The notes beneath the pieces were generated by a model that did not search any database, was not told the origin of the DNA, and saw only the letters and a list, made by a program, of their open reading frames with translations. 64,000 bases of DNA, taken from positions 70,024 to 134,023 of the forward strand of contig CAYFZD010000001.1 of assembly GCA_964347565.1 (NCBI GenBank), written 5' to 3'. The translations under genes and the position numbers were made by a program. Every line of letters begins with the position of its first letter. Position 1 is the first letter of the stretch. Shown here piece after piece: positions 60,338 to 64,000 of the stretch. The stretch comes from an uncultured Pseudomonadales bacterium (GTDB taxonomy: Bacteria; Patescibacteriota; Microgenomatia; UBA1400; UBA12108).

Positions 60338-61563
60338 TGCATTACTCTCTCACCAGAGCGACGATCTGGAATCTCACCGGCTACCTCTATCTCATCATCG
60401 CCAGCCTGATCGCCACCCCCATCATCCTCCACGGTCTGGGTCTTGCGCAGTTTAGCCTCTATAGTCTCATCTTTGCGGCTATCATCCTCGTCTCATCTAT
60501 AGATTTTGGTTTACCCCAGGCAGTAGTGCGAGCGCTCTCACACGAACCGGACGATTCACCCTCTCGACGCATCCTCTGGGCTACCTCTAGTCAGCTATTC
60601 ATCGCCTCTGGTGTGGTGGCTGGTCTCGTGGCGGTCGCCGTCACTTCGACTTTTCATGTTGCCCCCACTATCCTGGTCCTCGTCTTCTCCCTCTGTCTGA
60701 TGAACAATCTGATCGGCCACTATTTGACCCTCCCACACTCCGAGGGGAGATTTGACTGGTACAACACCAAAACCTTTGTAATAGGCACCGCCAACACCTT
60801 CCTCACCGCCTACCTCGCCTGGAGAGGGCAGGGGATCATGGTTATTTTGCTCTCCCAATTACTCTGTTACTTAATTACTCTTTTCATCCTGGTTTCTTTC
60901 TCTCTCCAGTACTTTCCCCGTCCCTGGGAGGGTCGAGCCTCCCTCAAAGTGGCCAAGTCACTCATTATGTTTGGTCTCAAGAATCAGGTGGGTAAAGTAG
61001 TGGGTCAGATCCAGGGTCAATACGGTAAATATTTGCTCAGTTCCCTCTCCCCACTATTGCTCTCATCATATGTCATTGCTCTTGGTCTAGTCCAAAAATT
61101 AACTGGCGGCATTTCTCAGGTCGCGACGGCTCTCTATCCAGCGACCGCCAGGAACACCCATGGTCCTGCTATCCGCATCTTTTATCATCGGCTCCAGCTC
61201 GGCTTGTTCGCGCTTGGACTTCTAGGCGTTGGGGTATTTGAGATTATTGGCTATCCCTTTCTCAGCTGGTGGTTACATTCTCCCGAGCTCACACCCATTG
61301 TTCACTCGCTCATGCGAGTGCTTGTCTGGTACTTTTCCATTCTCATCCTCACACCTCTTGCCAGCAGCATGCTCGATGGTCGCGGTCGCCCCGAGCTGAC
61401 TTCGCTTTTTGCCTTTCTCACTGCCCTGGTAGAGATCTCCCTCGCACTCTTCCTCTTCCCCCGCTATGGCCTCTTTGCGCCAGTCTACGCCGCCCTCATC
61501 GCCGTCACCCTCACCACTCCCGCACTCCTCTACGTGACTGAACGGGTAATTAGGGTAAAATGA
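60337..61563 (+). CDS. MOP-superfamily polysaccharide/oligosaccharide flippase (Wzx / polysaccharide-biosynthesis-protein-like)
   Basis: 408 aa with about 12 TM helices and a Wzx-like N-terminus. It overlaps the lepB stop by 1 nt. Confidence 0.65.
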   Translation: MHYSLTRATIWNLTGYLYLIIASLIATPIILHGLGLAQFSLYSLIFAAIILVSSIDFGLPQAVVRALSHEPDDSPSRRILWATSSQLFIASGVVAGLVAVAVTSTFHVAPTILVLVFSLCLMNNLIGHYLTLPHSEGRFDWYNTKTFVIGTANTFLTAYLAWRGQGIMVILLSQLLCYLITLFILVSFSLQYFPRPWEGRASLKVAKSLIMFGLKNQVGKVVGQIQGQYGKYLLSSLSPLLLSSYVIALGLVQKLTGGISQVATALYPATARNTHGPAIRIFYHRLQLGLFALGLLGVGVFEIIGYPFLSWWLHSPELTPIVHSLMRVLVWYFSILILTPLASSMLDGRGRPELTSLFAFLTALVEISLALFLFPRYGLFAPVYAALIAVTLTTPALLYVTERVIRVK

Positions 61564-61567
61564 TCTC

Positions 61568-62254
61568 ATGAAATATGGCTCAATTCCCGCCGGAGGCCTA
61601 GGCACTCGTCTCCAACCACTCGGATTCTCTAAGGAACTCGCGCCCGTCGCCGGTCGTGCGGTGATCGAATATCTCCTCGAGCGCCTGCTCATTGCAGGAG
61701 TCGATAAGATCTTTATCAACACGGCGGAGGACAAAACTGATCTCATCCGCTACCTCGCTGGCAAATCTCCCTTCAGCGACAAACTCATTTTCCTCGTGCG
61801 CCCTCGCACTGGTCTCCTGAACGGGATCATCCTCCCAGAGCAGTTTTTGCGCGAGGATGATGAGCTCTATTTCGGACTTCCCGACACCATTTGGTATCCC
61901 AAAGACGGCTTCGCCCAGCTAGATACAGTAAAAGACGAGCTCGTGCTAGGTCTCTTTGATACGGGTACACCGGAGAAATTTGATAGTGTAGTCATCGACG
62001 CCCAACATCGCATTCAATCGATCGAAGTAAAGGTGGTAAAACCCAAAACGAAATGGACCTGGGCGATGGGTAAGCTGAGTGTGAGAGTAGCGCGAGCTCT
62101 CAAACCCAACCCTCTCTTTGGTGCTTCGCTCCACGAGTATTGCCAGACCCATCCCGGCTATGCCCTCGAACTCTCAGGCTCTAGTTGTCTCGATATCGGT
62201 GTTCCCGACGATTACGCTCGTGCCGAAGCATTTGTCAAACAGCATGAAAAATAG
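61568..62254 (+). CDS. sugar-phosphate nucleotidyltransferase
   Basis: GSIPAGGLGTRLQPLGFSKELAPV N-terminal signature. 228 aa. Confidence 0.75.
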   Translation: MKYGSIPAGGLGTRLQPLGFSKELAPVAGRAVIEYLLERLLIAGVDKIFINTAEDKTDLIRYLAGKSPFSDKLIFLVRPRTGLLNGIILPEQFLREDDELYFGLPDTIWYPKDGFAQLDTVKDELVLGLFDTGTPEKFDSVVIDAQHRIQSIEVKVVKPKTKWTWAMGKLSVRVARALKPNPLFGASLHEYCQTHPGYALELSGSSCLDIGVPDDYARAEAFVKQHEK

Positions 62255-63137
62255 TTTAAAATCTCGCTCAGCGGGACCGCTCGTCTCCATCCTCATCCCC
62301 GCTTTCAATAGTGCCAAATACTTGGGTCTTGCCCTAGACTCCGTCCTCGCCCAAACTTACAACAACATTGAGATCATCGTCCACGACGACGCTTCTACGG
62401 ACGCAACCCCATCAATCCTTAAAAAGTACTCCGATCCTCGACTCCACATCATTCGCACTGTGGATAATCACGGCATGATCGGCGGGTGGAATTACATCGT
62501 TGCCAAAGCCAAGGGAGAATATATCAAATTTCTCGCCTCAGATGATCTGCTCGCTCCCACGGCTGTTGCAGAATTAGTCAGAGCCGCGCTTGCCCACCTA
62601 GAAGCCGCCATCATCACGTCTCAGCGCCAGTTTATCGATGAGCAGGGGAGGGTAATTAAGAAAATGGGTTTCTCCACCAAACATTCCGTCGTAGACGGCA
62701 AGACTCATGCCCACTGGATCCTCACCACGCTCAGGGAGAATAAGATCGGCGAGCCTACGGCCGTGCTCTACCCCAGAGCACTAGTGAAGGAGGCTGGGGA
62801 GTATGATCCGCGCTTCTCCCAGTTCGCTGATTTTGAGTACTGGATCCGCCTCCTCCAGTTCGGTGACCTAGTTTATGTGGACAAACCTCTCTGCTCTTTC
62901 CGCCTACATGCGAGTTCCAACACCGCCGCCGCCATTCGTGATGGTCGCTTTATCACCGAGACTTTTCAAGTGATAAAGAAATACCATTACCTCCTTACTC
63001 CAGCTGAGCGTTCTAGCGTCACACGTATGAAAATTCTCGATACACTCAAAAATATTAAAGATCTTATGTTTACAGGAAAAATTACTCAGGCTTTACGCTA
63101 TACAGGCAGGCTCGTCAGTTCTGTTGTATCAGCATAA
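62244..63137 (+). CDS. family-2 glycosyltransferase
   Basis: VSILIPAFNSAKYL...IIVHDDASTD...LASDD motifs. Start at MKNSLK overlaps the upstream stop. Confidence 0.85.
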   Translation: MKNSLKSRSAGPLVSILIPAFNSAKYLGLALDSVLAQTYNNIEIIVHDDASTDATPSILKKYSDPRLHIIRTVDNHGMIGGWNYIVAKAKGEYIKFLASDDLLAPTAVAELVRAALAHLEAAIITSQRQFIDEQGRVIKKMGFSTKHSVVDGKTHAHWILTTLRENKIGEPTAVLYPRALVKEAGEYDPRFSQFADFEYWIRLLQFGDLVYVDKPLCSFRLHASSNTAAAIRDGRFITETFQVIKKYHYLLTPAERSSVTRMKILDTLKNIKDLMFTGKITQALRYTGRLVSSVVSA

Positions 63138-64000
63138 TATAGTTCTGCAATTGGGTTTTGACCTCAGGAGCGATAAATTTAGGTGATTGCTGAGAGATAA
63201 ACTTGTTCAGATTGGGTAGGGAGCTCATGTCGGCGAGAAGATTGGTGAAGCGGGCATAAAGGGCCTGAAAAATCCCATTTGCTGGAGTTTTTGACTGTCT
63301 CAGAGTCTTGAGATACTCGAATATAGAAGTGTAGTTGAGCACAATCGGACCATTGAGGTTGGGTATGGAGGAATAATTAATAGCGAAGTTGGCGCTCGTG
63401 GCGGGAGGGATCACGAGTTCATCTAGGGACACTCCTCCGTTCTCGTCATATAAATAGGTATCGACCGCTGTGGGCGCGCCAGTTGGATTCTCTATGTGCA
63501 GCGCATAGATCCCATCAGCAGGCTTAGGGATCATCGAGGTCAACACACTCGGACTTGGCGCTCCACCCATATCATCGTCGATATGTTCCTCTACCCAATT
63601 CATCGCTACAGGGTTACCAAGGGGATCACTCATGCTGATATTCACTCCTGGAGGCGATACAAACACCATATAGGAGAGATCAGTGAATGAGGGGATGAAA
63701 CGATTGATACTGCGAATCGTGCTAGTCATGGGCAGGTCTGTTGCATCCTCATCATTTGGATCGTTGATCTTCCAGTTCGGAGTTTCTGAGCCGTGCGCCA
63801 CGATGAAGTGGCCTGGTAGACCCAGGATGGCTGGTAGGACTGGAGTGGTAGGGGAGTATTCACGGACGAACTCGAGCTTGTAAGGTGCGTGACCTGCCAG
63901 ATAACTCAGCCGCGCGTAGCGGGTGATCGCGATCCAGTTCACGAGCCCAGGACCGACATAACCATCAGGCTGGGTCTTGAGCCATGCGTTCAGTTTACTC
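63115..64000 (-). CDS. hypothetical protein, C-terminal part (reading frame stays open to the window end)
   Basis: The track ORF begins at GTG 63942, but the same frame has no stop up to position 64000, so the gene probably starts outside the window. It is convergent with the GT2 gene (23-nt overlap). No family recognised. Confidence 0.45.
   Translation of the reverse strand, partial: SKLNAWLKTQPDGYVGPGLVNWIAITRYARLSYLAGHAPYKLEFVREYSPTTPVLPAILGLPGHFIVAHGSETPNWKINDPNDEDATDLPMTSTIRSINRFIPSFTDLSYMVFVSPPGVNISMSDPLGNPVAMNWVEEHIDDDMGGAPSPSVLTSMIPKPADGIYALHIENPTGAPTAVDTYLYDENGGVSLDELVIPPATSANFAINYSSIPNLNGPIVLNYTSIFEYLKTLRQSKTPANGIFQALYARFTNLLADMSSLPNLNKFISQQSPKFIAPEVKTQLQNYIMLIQQN

Noticed and set aside
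1-64000. CRISPR arrays, transposases, integrases, prophage genes, restriction-modification or other defence systems
   Set aside because: I scanned both strands for spaced direct repeats and for nuclease, helicase, integrase or transposase-like proteins and found none. The only repeats are the coding microsatellite and short promoter-region direct repeats.

Overview
The window is a gene-dense 64-kb segment of a bacterial chromosome. Almost every gene is coupled to its neighbour by a 1-4 nt ATGA-type start/stop overlap. I recognised no CRISPR array, transposase, integrase or phage gene.

Several features suggest a small-genome Gram-positive-derived (Terrabacteria) lineage, possibly Patescibacteria/CPR-like. 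This is inference from gene content only. The features are: a short RecO, a GlmU uridyltransferase domain encoded on its own, a type-2 (eukaryote-like, zinc-finger-less) IleS, dimeric GlyQS immediately after recO as in Bacillus, an mraZ-led dcw cluster, and a GlmR/YvcK homologue.

There are three blocks.

(i) 1-20.4 kb is a glycan / glycoconjugate assembly island. It holds a sugar-nucleotide module: an RmlA-like nucleotidyltransferase, a cupin isomerase/epimerase-like protein, a DegT-family aminotransferase, a WcaF-like acetyltransferase and ManC. It also holds three GT2 and five GT4 glycosyltransferases, two PMT_2/ArnT-like GT-C membrane glycosyltransferases plus a third polytopic membrane protein only tentatively GT-C-like, a Wzy_C (O-antigen-ligase / PglL-like) protein, a PglC/WbaP-type initiating phosphoglycosyl transferase fused in operon to a DUF4012 protein, and a membrane-anchored degenerate cupredoxin-like protein.

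(ii) 20.4-47.8 kb is core. It starts with an orphan 123-aa ORF, recO-glyQS, a secreted protein and a YdeN/RBBP9-like hydrolase. Then comes a peptidoglycan super-cluster in the order mraZ-rsmH-ftsL-ftsI-murE-glmU(N)-yvcK/glmR-murC-murB-murA-dgkA-mraY-murI-murD-ftsW-murG-ftsQ-ftsA-ftsZ; murF and ddl are absent from it. It ends with convergent greA, a (TP)n-linker secreted protein, ileS and rodA.

(iii) 47.8-64 kb contains rplU with a lysine/alanine-rich tail, a THUMP-like RNA methyltransferase inserted between rplU and rpmA, and a REC-only response regulator with a soluble histidine kinase. A type IV pilus/pseudopilus locus follows: pilB, pilC, four pilin-like genes including a 654-aa pilin/beta-propeller fusion, then the major pilin with a strong RBS and a bidirectional terminator. 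After that come an unannotated 53-aa membrane ORF, a parS-like site, an orphan parB, tRNA-Val, lepB, and a second glycan module (Wzx-like flippase, nucleotidyltransferase, GT2).

The candidate novel biology is concentrated in two places. One is the glycan island, a possible Wzy_C/GT-C-based protein-glycosylation or surface-glycan system. The other is the pilus locus with its propeller-bearing pilin.
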